The notes under the pieces are model-generated. The model ran no database searches. It saw nothing but the letters and a program-made list of their open reading frames with translations, and was not told the origin of the DNA. A stretch of DNA of 64,000 nucleotides from Octopus vulgaris. Taxonomy: Eukaryota. Positions within the stretch are counted from its first letter, which is position 1, and each line of letters opens with the position of its first letter. The translations under genes were made by a program, and so were the position numbers. The stretch covers positions 121,706,001-121,770,000 of the forward strand of contig OX597816.1 in NCBI GenBank assembly GCA_951406725.2, written 5' to 3'. This document shows positions 41,501 through 54,600 of the stretch, piece by piece.

Positions 41501-44500
41501 GTTTTAATTTACTCTGTCATATTTTTATGCTAAATTCATTTTAAAATATATCAATAATACAGTACAGTAGTCCTTAAGGTTAAGGTGTTGGATTAACTCT
41601 ACTCAGTTTATGATATCAGCTGCACTGCTGCCCTTTTGTCCAGCACTGTCATCCACATTCCCTACCCTGACTTTCACCTTCCTGCTATTCAGTTGCTCCA
41701 CTAAAACCATTCTTAACAACTGCTGTCTTTTATAGTTCGACCCTGCAACTTTTCCCATCTTCCCTGAAATTCCATTCTTTTCATCTATAAACCTCCTCTT
41801 CTTTCATCTTCCTTGAATCTCAATTCTTCTCTCTCAAATGCGATAAAAATTTACACTGCCTTCTGGTCAAGAGCTCTTTTAATCCAACACCCAGAACCTT
41901 CACTTGCTCTTGCATCCCAGTGCAATACTTACAACACCACAATCAGTTGAGGCCCCAAGCCTGCTATCCACATTTCTGACCACTTTGATTGCACTTCTGC
42001 TAATCTGGTTTACTGCATTGCATGCCATCACTGTAATGCCTGATTTATTGGTCAGACCACTTGATGTCTAGGTGACCACTTCCATGAATACTTGATTGAT
42101 GATGTCTGCAATATTCTTGGCATCTTGAAACTGAAACCTCACTACCTTAACTCCCCTGACCACCCTCATCACTCTCTGCATTTTCAGTTTGCCAGCCCAA
42201 TGGTTGAAAGGCTACCTGCAAGCTTAGTGAGCAACAGCTTATTTTCCAACTAAGAACTTCCACTCCTTGTGGTTTGGATACTTATCTCTAATTCTGCACC
42301 TCCTTATGTTTTTCTTCACATCACTCCTTTTCTACCTTTTTTTTTTGTTTTGTTGCAACTGTGACTCTGTGCCCTTCACTGGTTAATTCACACTACCCTG
42401 CAAACCCTTCCTCACATACCTTTTGCACTAACCACCTCTCTCTACCTTCCTTCCTTTTAATCCACGCTTTACTTTCTACCAATCACCTCTTCCTCATTTC
42501 CTGTCTCTATCTTTTAATCTATTCACTTCTTTATTACTTTTGCCAGCCGTTACTGATTACTTTGTAGAAGGACTCATATCCAAAATTTCAGATTGTTTCA
42601 CTCCTCATGAAAACCTAACTTACTGGCACCTACAAACTCTTTTGGATTTTATTACCATTGTTGGTGAGGCAGACTTTCAATAGTTTCCTCCGTTTTCAGA
42701 TTTTATTCTCTCTAATGAGATATCTTCTGCATTATACATCTAAATATGGCATATAACTTTGCTTTTTCCCTCTTTGGTTGACTCATAAACAAGTTCTAAT
42801 TCACAGTTGAACTTTTAATGTATGAAGAGCACCCAAAGGATATAGAAATGCTAACAAAACAAAACAAAAAAGAAAAACCCTGTTCATAAAAACTTAATGA
42901 AAAGGAATATAAACTGGAAAGACTCTTCTGAAATGGGATAAATGATATAAAAATGTTTTATTTATTTTGTAAGTTTATATTTATTATTGCAGTGTGTAAT
43001 CAATCTTTTTAATCCCTTGCCATAAAGATCAATCCCAACTTAGAATTCTTCTTTTTTGCCACTTCTGAACCATCTTACTTCTGTAAGCAATATACCTGCT
43101 GAGAAAGCCTCTACATTTACTTTTTACTTCACCTGTAACTCTCTCCACATTGCATTCTCCAAAACTATCCTTCCCCACTTTACCATGCTCCCCATCTTCA
43201 GTATGAACAACCCACAACTAGAACCCTCAATATTGTTAGAAATGCTAGATTTCACATCACCTTCTGTGTGCATTTCTCCTAATGATCATTCTTCCTCAAT
43301 ATTACAAAGAATACACCACTTCAGTCTCCACAAACTATTAACCCTTTAACATTCAGATTTCTTTGTCAAATGTATTGCTTATTTATTCACATTGTTTTGA
43401 ATTAATCATGCATCATCTTGTAACTTTGAGATTTCAATGGTGTTTGTATATTTTTAAAATGACATTGTAGTGTAGGTTTGAGACATTGGATCTGGTCAGC
43501 TTTAACATAAAACAAGAAGAATATTTGGGTCAGATGTGGCTGGATTAAATGATAAAGGGTTAAACCTTTACAAACTTGACCAAGTGAGATCTATAATGGG
43601 GTGCTGCTCCCATATTTGGCATGGTACAGCTGCTACACATAAAGATATCCTAGACCACATCGAAAGAAAGAGTCACTCATGAACACATTCTAACCTGGTC
43701 CATAGGTTCTCTGCTTTTCTTACTACTACTACAATGGTCTCTCTTACTTGGAGCTGGCTGGTCTCATGTACTCACCTCTTAGCCACCCCCAACTTGCTCA
43801 TCTCTCCTCTCATCATCCATATTGTACCTTACCTCAAGGAATCATACCAACCACTGTGCCTGTCCTTCGAAACATTAGCTGTCTGAAAATCTTTCCATGC
43901 CCATATTTTTTTTTCTGCAGCCATCAACTTGCAACAATTTAAGAGTAACATTAACTGCTTTCTCTCCAGTGTTGGAGAGGCTGCAAATGCCTTGGGTGGC
44001 ACAACTTAACTCCCAATCATACAGAGAAAAAAAAGTTGCAGCTGTTCTCTGTTGCATAATTAAATGATCAATTGTACAACAAATAATGCAAAATATTGTT
44101 TGAATCCATAATTATATTTATTTTCATAGATTTGTTCTTTTTGATCTACTGCATTAAGATTTTATCTACTGATTTTATATTTTGCATCAAGATAATTTTT
44201 TTTTCTTTTTTCAGATAAATGTGTTTCATAAGCTTACTAGTATTTTTCTTGTTTTTAATTAATTTCTTTTTATCATATTTTAAAGTTTTTCCTCTGAAGT
44301 GTGCAGTCCAAAATTATGTGTGGGGTAAACTTGGTAACCAGAGCGAAGTTGCTCGACTCTCTCAATCAGGCAATCCAGATTTCAAGCTTCAACAAGATGT
44401 TCCATATGCTGAAGTGAGTATTAATGTTCTCTGTGATTTTTCTAAATGTCAAATAGTCTTCACTTTTTCTGTGTATGTTCTTGATTCACAACAGAATCTG

Positions 44501-45576
44501 GATGAGTGTGAAGAATTTTCAGTACACTCAACATTTTAAAATCTGATGTTTGCTGACGTTAGTAACTATCATAGTAAAAGGATAATTTATAGTACCACAA
44601 ATATAGATTTTATATACATACATGCCCACATATATATACACTCTTACACACACACACACACACACATTTATAGACTCTTATACACACATACACACACACA
44701 CACACATATATATATATACACTCTTACACACACACACACACATATATATGTATATGTATATATTTACAAATAGATAGATAAAATCTGAGAGATACAATTG
44801 ACAATCCAATAATTTATTTGTATTATAACAAAATATACTATGAATATAATATAACAAACAATTATTAAAACATCAAAATTTATATGGTATTCAACTGATG
44901 TACCAGTGAATTTGGATATTTCACACACCCTTCTGAAGGAATTTTTTCCTTAGTCAGTTAATTTTATATATATATATATATAATCAAAAATAAGCAACAA
45001 GAATGAATCCAGTAATTTAGTACAATTGTTTCATACTACAACATTTTATTAAAAGCTGTAAATATTACAGCAGATTTAATATATCAAGTAATCATCGGCT
45101 AATTTTATATAGGTTTTCCAATAATATAAAGTTCTCAGATCAATTAGTAACATCTTAGGGAAAGTAAATATACAGATAAAGATGTAGATATGAATCTCAG
45201 GAACATGAGGTAATGTAGTTAGGATCTGGTTGGCATCCTAACTATATTACCTCATGTTCCTGAGATTCATATCTACATCTTTATCTGTATATTTACTTTC
45301 CCTAAGATGTTACTAATTGATCTGAGAACTTTATATTATTGGAAAACCTATATAAAATTAGCTGATGATTACTCGACATATTAAATCTGCTGTAATATTT
45401 ACAGCTTTTAATAAAATGTTGTAGTATGAAACAATTTTACTAAATTACCGGATTCATTCTTGTTGCTTATTTTTTATTATAATCACCCCGCATATTTTTA
45501 TGGGTAATACCATAAAAAAAATTCTGGTGCATCTAAATTAAGTACCATATTCATTTGAATCTAAATTGTTTGCTGA

Positions 45577-45615
<39 letters not shown>

Positions 45616-48600
45616 ATATCATAATGTAAGAATTATAAAATGTATATTAATATATGTTATACAGTGGCAAACATCATTTTATACAGGCCTCTTACTTGAA
45701 TTAGAGTGAGAAGATATGTTTAATATAGCAAAAACTGACAGTTAACTCAAGCTTTTGCTAGATGAAACGTAGATTGTGTATTCATTACATGACACCATTG
45801 ATTACACCAAAGAGACCCAGCCAACTTCTGCCAATTTAGGCTATATATATTTAAACCTTTTAGCACATCTGCATCAGCAACAATTGTATAATACTATTGC
45901 TTTCTGTGACAGAGCTATCAGTAGTAAGCATGCAATGTATATGCTTTGATGGTAGCTACCTGTTCGATAGACTTTCAATTACTCTACTATGTTAAACTGA
46001 AGTAGATTAGCCTATCTGGTGACGTTCAGTGTCTATGAATGTTTGTTATTTTCATGTGATATGTAACACAAGAAATTTCCAATTTATTTATGGCTTAATT
46101 TGGAAGGTTGTCATCACTCAAAACATGATAGATACAAAGTTTGAGTTTTATGGGAGAGCCTGTTCTTATTTTCTGTCCTAGATTTTTCTTGTAAAATATA
46201 TATTTAAAATCTTAAAAATATTAATGTATAACTTTACTTCATCACCATCATCATGGTATGTCTTCTTTCTATATTGCCATGGGTTGAATTGGTTGTAACA
46301 TCCAAGTTGGTTCTTATTTAGAGCTACTGTCCTTCTAAACAGGTTAGGGAACCACGTTTTGTGTGAACATTTCATTTCATGATGCCCTTCTTGTTAACCT
46401 CAGTTTTACAGAGTGTACTGTCACATTGCACCAAAGAGGTTGTCATATTCTCATCATGACTAAAGGGTTCTTTCAACCCTACTCTACTGGTTTGCTAAAC
46501 ACTTTGCTGCGATATTACATTCAGTTTTACATGTGATATTGGGGAATGTAAATTTAGAACTGTATTAAAAAAGAGGAAAATGATTAGCACTTATTTCATT
46601 CTTATGTATAGTGCATATTCCTAATTTTTAGATTTAAAATTCCAGATTAAAAAAAAAAATATGTGTGCTATACAAGGTACTTGTATTTAAGAGACTTTTA
46701 GAGGTTTTTATTAAATTGATTGCCCTGATCTCTGGTTAGCTAACAACAAATATACCTTTAAGTTTGTAAACACCAAAACTATCAAAATTATAGACATGTT
46801 AAACTCCACTTTGCCAAAGAATCCTTGCCATTAAGAAAGGCAGTTTTCAGCACACATAGTTATGTTTAGATGGCACGTGGTCTGATGTGTGAACGAGATT
46901 AATAGTCCTTTGGAGTATATCCTTTATTATGGAAGTATAAAAATTGATGGCATTGATTTAGATCAATTAACATTTACTTTCAATTTGATTTCATAGAATC
47001 AGTTAATAACTTCCGGTTCATCATAGTTTTAAAGTTCATAGAGTGCTTATTAGTCATTCCAACTTATCTATTTATTTGTTGCTAATCAAATCTAACTTGG
47101 ACTTCACTGATTTCAATCTGCTTGAGATCACCTCTAGTCCTACAATACCATAATCACTTATTTTCAAGTGTTCACATTTGAATTAAACCTTCCCCCATGA
47201 TTATGTAGAAAAACACAAGTTATTTTCTGGACGTTAGATTAATAATAATGGGTTATATTATTAAATACCTCCAAATTCTTGATTTTGTTTTTTCTCAAAA
47301 CTAATTGCATGACATAAATTAATCTCATTAGAAATATTGTTACAAAAGGTTTAATCTGTATATCAGAATATTTTCTTCAGTTTTATGAATGCTATTTTAG
47401 ACAAACCTTTACATTTGTCTTGGATTTCGAGATTGGAATCTGTGTGATGTGTTTCTTGTTTGTTTTATCTTCAAGGTAAACCTAGTTCTGAAATATTTAA
47501 AAATAACTAGTTACCCTGAGTGGCTTTATTATTTAGTCCATGTTTGCTTAGGATAAGTAAATTGTCTAGAAGAATGATAATGGCCTATTTTGCAAACATG
47601 GATTTTTATGTATCCTTCCTAGATTAATTATATTGAGCTGTTGAATTTTATATAAATTGAAATTTATTTTGAATCTTACTACCTGAAATTTTTAGAAAAT
47701 TGAACCATTTATTTCATTGAAAATGATGAGTGGATGGTAAAATCAGTAAAGTGTTTTGTTTCATTTGATTATATTCTAAGTTCAGTTCCTACCCTAATCC
47801 ACTTTCATTCATTCTAGTATGATCAAATAAGTAGTAGGATCGATGCAATCGGCTATACCCTAGAGGTCAGTTCCTTAGCATGGCCACATCACAATGACCA
47901 AAGTTAGTAAAAAGTAAAAGAATGTTTCACTTTAAATAGTTAACCATTATGTTTCACCTTAATTCTGTTTTCTTTTTCTCTTAGACTAAGAAAAGTATGA
48001 TTGTACAAATTGTTTTTTGATAGTTTAATTTTGGCTGAGTTTCTTAATAATCTTTCAGATTATTATTTCAAATGTAATGCTTATTTAGTCACATTGTTTT
48101 GAATTAATTATGCATTATCTTGTAGCCTTGAGATTTCAATAATGTTATTGTTTATTTGTAGATTGGCATTGTAGGGTAGGTGTGACAGGCTGGATCTGGC
48201 CAGTTTAAACAGAAAACAAGTAGAATATTTGGGCCAGGTATGGCCAGTTTAAATGCTAAAGGGTTAAACATAATGTCTCCAAGTCTTGAAGTTGTATAAT
48301 AGTTGTAAAATCATTGCCACTGTCATACAAGCTGTGCTATCCATTTCAAATATTCTGTGAGGACATGTCTGGCTATAAAGAACTATTACCTCACTTGGAA
48401 GCAGGTGTTGGCAACTGGAAGAGCATCCATTTGTATCCCTGTAAATTTGGATTTATTCCCTAATATTTATTATTATTTATTGGCGTTAGGAAGGGCATCC
48501 AGCCGTAGAAACACTGCCAGATCTGACTGGGCCTGACGAAGCCTTCCAGCTTCACAGACCCCAGTTGACCCGTCCAACCCATGCTAGCATGGAAAACGGA

Positions 48601-51600
48601 CGCTAAACGATGATGATGATGATGATATATATATATATAGGGCAAAGTATAAATAGTGGTCATTACATATTTTTGCAGCTGTTTCCAGTAGTCATTATAG
48701 GTATATTATTGATATGTTTAAGCAATTAGTCTATTGACCAGTTGAAAAAATTGAATGACCTTAAAAAAATTTTAACCCCTCCTGGGTATTGTCTATTCTT
48801 AGAAAACAGCCATGTTTTGATGGTGATAAATATTACTTCTTATTTTAAAGTTAGTTATGTTAAAACAGGTTAGTTAATTGTCAACTGCTTTTTTTTTTTT
48901 ATACAAGCTGTTATCGGTGAATGAGATTTTTTGAAGCAGTATTCTAAGGTTGTCATTTCTATTGCCATCCTTACTTGTTTTACTAGTAAAGTAGTTTATT
49001 CCATTGGTCTTTGCACATTGAACTGCTGAACTGTGGACTTAAAAAAAAAACAAAAAAACATCACCAGTGCACAGATATCTTGGCAAATATGTGAGTTCAC
49101 CAAACTGTTAATTTAGTAGAAATATTCAAAGAAAATTATTTCTATGAACTTTAATGGATTAACTCAGTGGTTCTAAATGGGGTCTATATGAGAGTTTGAT
49201 AAAGTTTATGTGCAATAAATTGGTCATAATTTTACAATACCCAAAATATTTTAACAATTTTTTCTACAGTTCCTAATGATATTTAATTATAACAAAACAC
49301 TTGGATTTTTTTTTTAAATATCAAATGATATAAGGGTCTACTGGAGTAATATAAGAATCAAAGGGGTCCGTAGGTAAAAAAATGGTTAAAAACCACTGTA
49401 TTAACTTGTCCTAATCAGTCTCTGGACTCTGATTGTCATCTATTTCCTTGGATTCTTTATCTTACATGCTAACTTCTCAGAAATGTTGAATATCGCTAAG
49501 TGCATCGATATATGAGAAGCATTAGTTAATGAAAGATAAATTTTCTTAGTTTGGAGTTACATAATGTAAAGAAGCCATAAAATGGATAAAAAGTTGCCAT
49601 GCCTTTCATAGTGTTAAATGTTGTACAAGTAAGGTTGAGCGTTATCTTATACACTCGGTTATTATTTGATTGACCTTATAAATGAAATAACACTCAAGTT
49701 ATGCAAAAATTACAATATTGCAAAATCACCTAACCTATGCCAATCTGAACATCGATAAAATAATAGTAATAATGAAATAGTGTTATCTAATTTTGAATTG
49801 ACTGATTGATTGATTTTATCTTGTTGAGAATGTCTGTAGTACCTTCAATACTAGATTTGAATACAGAAATGTCAGTTATATAACCTTTTGCTGAATATTT
49901 TATTTTCTCCTGCATAATTAAAAATACAGAGATGTTAAAACTAAGATTCTCCTTATCATTAAATAGCTAATGATAGAGAGAGATAGTTTTCCTTCTAATA
50001 ACAATAATTTCTTTTGTAATTGAATTTAATACTTTTGTTGTTTTTAATCAGTTTTTCCAGAAATTTTTTCTATGTATTTGGTGAACTTTATTGGTTATAT
50101 TCAGTATAGTGTGTTGTTTAATGTCTGAAATAAAGTCAGCACCTAGGTTTGTTAGTTTCAATTAGTGATAATGATACATCATTAATTTTTTTTTCTTATT
50201 AGGGTTTCATTGATTTTGTAACAAAGAATAAATTTCTGCATTTGATACCTTTTGACTTTCTATTAATATCCGTCTAAAAATTATCAAGCAGTGCTGTTTA
50301 TTACGATTTCATGCATTTTATTTAATATGTTATTTTCTTGGCTTTTCATATGTAATTCCTTGTGTTTACCTATATCTTCTTTGTCTATACTTTGTAAATT
50401 TCCAAACGTTTGTAGAATTAGAATTTTGAACTTGTTTCAATGTATAATACCTTAATGACACATAGATCCTTCAAAGTAAACAATTTAAAGTTGCCTGTTT
50501 CTTTTTGTTAATTTACCTAAATCATCTTTTTTCAGCTGTTAAAAATTCATGGATCTTTGATTGATATTCATAACAGTTCATTTTTTTTTTTTTTAAGGCA
50601 ATGGTTGCTATCTGTATTATTAGTTCAGATGTGTAACAAATAAACAACCTTTAATAAGCAAGTTCTTTGTTGATTTAATGTGTCTCTAATCAGTTTCTTA
50701 ATTTACCTGGCATGTTAATTCTATATTCCTTATGAATTGTATTTTGTTGGCTGTTTATATTAGTTGTTTAAATAAAGAAAATATGTTTAATCTCCAGTTG
50801 TTAGAATGTTTACAATTTAATTGGAAATAATTTCTTAAGCACAATACCTTTGATTTAGATAGTATAAGTGCTGTAGTTGTGTAATATCCAACCCTTTCTT
50901 AAGGGGATTCATAATATAATTAAAAGAGAATTGTAATCTGAAATGAAATCTGGTCTCAGACTACTTTCAGCTGATGCCCTGACTTGCTTTGTGATGATAG
51001 CACTTATTTCATAATACATTTTCTATTATTTTTCTCTGCTAACAATCTTTCATAAACTTCTCTTTATTATAGGTAAGTTATATATAGAATAAATGAATAT
51101 TGTTTACTTATCGTTTCTCAACAAATAGCTTACTGTTGAATACTAACAATTTCTTCATTCTCATCTGTTGTATATCAGTTTTAAAAATAAAATTCACTGT
51201 TAGAATAGACTTCTTGATAAAATGTTGGTAGTGAGCTGTAGGTAGTTATTCTTTTGTAAACTGATTGTCTACAAACTCTGAAATCTTGATGTCTGTATAT
51301 ATTGATCAACACTGTTTTTTGTTTCCACCCCCGCTACATTCTCTTTGAGTTAAGTATTATATTAGCTGATTACCTTATCAACTGTTATTGTTCTCAAGAA
51401 ATTAGGCATGCCATTCAGAAAGTTCTACAGGCTGCAAGTTTGCCCATGACTGACTTACAAGACAGTGAAACATAGATCATAGTTGCTGAGTTTGTAAAGT
51501 CATGGAAGCTGAAGGAAATTGTGTCAAGTTCGCTCTACTGAATATGTAATGTCAATTTACATTAAAGGTAGACCAAAATGAATTTAGAGAGCAGCTGAGC

Positions 51601-54600
51601 ATTAAAGGTATCAGCTAGTGTATGCTAGTTCAGATATAATTTGATTAGCTGATGAGTGTCCTGTGCTGTCAGAAAAAAAAAGGAGTGGTGAAGTCAGTTT
51701 TGAGAACACTGCCTCAAATGTCCACCTATAACAGCACACACACAAAAAAAGAAATATTAAAATGTTGAAAATTTACTAAATGCTTAAAATTGAACTGGTT
51801 GAAAACTGAAAATGTATATTACCTTAACTTTGTGAGTTGTGTATTTTGTTCAAAATATTTATTATTACTAAAATTTTGTCTTCTTAATTACAAAATTCAT
51901 TGTTTTGTATTTTTTTAAAGTTATGGATGGGAACACATCCAAATGGACCCTCCAAAATATATTTGGAAGGAATGGAAGAGAAAGATCTTGGAGAGTGGAT
52001 CAGTGAACATCCAGAACGGTTAGGAAAGGAGACTAATGACTACTTTAAAGGAGAGTTGCCTTTTTTGTTCAAGGTACTTTCTGTTAGAACATCCCTCTCA
52101 ATTCAAGCACATCCAAATAAGGTGAGTAAATATTTTTTAGTTTACTCTTACAGTATTTTTCACCAGACATTTTATGACAAATATCTTTACAAATAAGACT
52201 TATTTTTTTTGTTTTCCCAGCATTGATTATTTATATTTAATAATAATTAGTGCAGGAATAGCTTTGTGATTAAGAAATTGTATATCTGATCCTATGGCTT
52301 AGCATCTTGGGCAAGTGTCTTCCACTATGGGTTCAGGTTGACCAGTTCCTTTTGAATGGAATTCTAACAACAGAAACTATATAGATGAACATCATGGTTT
52401 GTGTGTGTGTCTGTGTCTGTGTGTCTTGTACTTAGTGGCTTCATCAGAGATCAATAGAATAAATATTGAACAGAAATAAATTCTGTGGTTATGAATCCAG
52501 CATGGCTGCAGTCCAATAACTGAAACTAATTGGTTAGTAATTGATTGGTTGAGAAAATTAACTTGCAATGTTTCAATGTTCTGCCATCGAGACCAAACTA
52601 CTATTACTATAAGGCCTGGAGGGGGAATGATCAAATACAGCTTAGTTTGTTGTACAAAGTCTCTAAAGATAGTCTTTGTTGTTGAATGGATAGGTAATAA
52701 ATTCCCATTGCGTATCAGCATCTATTTCTCCCTTAGTGTTAGTCATTAGATGAGCTAACTTGATTGCATTTTGGTACCACCTTGAGTGACAAAATAACAA
52801 AGGAGCTCCAGCCTGTGAGAAGATCTCTACATGGTTGCTGAGATTGCTAGAAACAATAAACAAATTGAGCCAATAAAGAAAATCTCTACATAGTCTTGTT
52901 TCTTACTAAAAATACCAATCAAACCTCCCTCAGATCACACCTGTTTTAAAATGGAAGCTCATATTGGATACAATAGTTCGAGATATCAAATTGAAATGAT
53001 CATGTTTGGAACAGCTTTGATAAGTCAACTTAAGGCTGACTTAGGGTTAAGAAAACAAAAGCCTTGAATACCAAGCTAATCTTCCTTAACCCTTTAGCAT
53101 TCAGGTTATTCTGTCAAACGTAATGCTTATTTATTCACATTGTTTTGAATTAATCATGCTTCTATAGTTTTGGAATGACATTGTAAGGTATGTGTGTGAG
53201 GCCAGATCTTGTTGAACATACGATATATAGAATATTTGAATCTGATGTGGCCATTTGAAATGCTAAAGGATTATATCTCACTCTCCAGTTATAAAACATA
53301 TTGGATAAGGTAGTCAATATACATCACATTTGAAACAAAAACAGAATGGTCTTGGCTGGAATGCCTTTTATCATTGGTCAGAATCTGTAACAAATATTGA
53401 TATGCAAAGACTGTTTTACTTGTATTGTTTCTTTTTTTTTTACTTTTTGGTACCTCACAGTTGAATAAGTGGTTGTGTTGTGTGATTGTCAGGTAGAATG
53501 CCTTGCAGTATTTGTCCAGCTAATTACTTTCTGAATCAAAGTCTTGCCAAAGTCAACTTTGTGTTTCAACCTTTTGAGGGCCAATACAATAAAATACCAA
53601 CCTAAGTTGGTGTATTGGTGGGTTTGATAGAACATTAGACAAGACACCTAATGGTACTTGTTCTTGTTTCTTTGCATTGTGAGTTCTTGAACAGGAAATT
53701 TCTTGTGTTGCCCAATTTAACAACCATTTCTTTCTTGCCTGTTATTGGTGGAATTTACTCTGTTACAAGTATTTGCGGGCTATGACTTTTGTTTAATGAT
53801 AGATCCTTCCTATTAGTCTTCAAAGTCCTTAAAAAATAAAGGGTTTTAAGCATTGTTATAAAAGCACATGACCTAGTGATTAGGGTGTTCAGCTCACAGT
53901 TGATATCTTCAATTCAAGTTCATATCCTAGGTAGGGCAACATGAGGTCTAATCACTAAGCATCTGGACTGTTGCCATAATAACGAAGCTAAGGCATGCAG
54001 AGTAAAGCTACTTGGCAAAGACTGACCTTGAACTCTGCTGTGCATGTGCACTAAGTTTTAATGTTCTAGCTTTAATTCAATGTAAAGATTTAGGCTACTG
54101 AAAAATAACATGATATCCTACCTCTTATTTCATAGACGGCCTCTAGTTCCACATCCCTTTAAAACTGATTTCTTTTTCCAGTTCTGTATTTAAGAGATGA
54201 GGAATTGTGTACATTATTTACATTTCACAGATATTTGTCCTCGTCTTGTTAGTTGTTAACACAACGTTTCAGCTGATATACCCTCCAGCCTTCATCAGGT
54301 GTTTTGGGGAAATTTCGAAACTGGGTTCTCATTCCTAAGGTATTTCTTGATATTATTATTATTCATGGGCAAATGGCGTAGTGGTTAAGAGCGCAGGCTA
54401 CTAAGCCCAAGATTCCGAGTTCAATTCCAGGCAGTGACCTGAATAATAATAATAATAATAATATTTGAAAAATGCCTTAGGAATGAGAACCCAGGTTCAA
54501 AATTTTCCCAAGACACCTGATGAAGGCTGGAGGGTATATCAGCCAAAACGTGTTAACAACAAACAAGATGAGGACAAATATCTGTCAAATGTATATAATG

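Noticed and set aside
51645-51680. Isolated CTGATGAG motif as a hammerhead (similar motifs near 24609, 26290 and 55910)
   Set aside because: No convincing stems I-III or correctly placed GAAA.
54367-54440. Functional tRNA gene
   Set aside because: Acceptor and anticodon stems pair poorly, there is no T-run terminator, and it is embedded in a TSD-flanked element.
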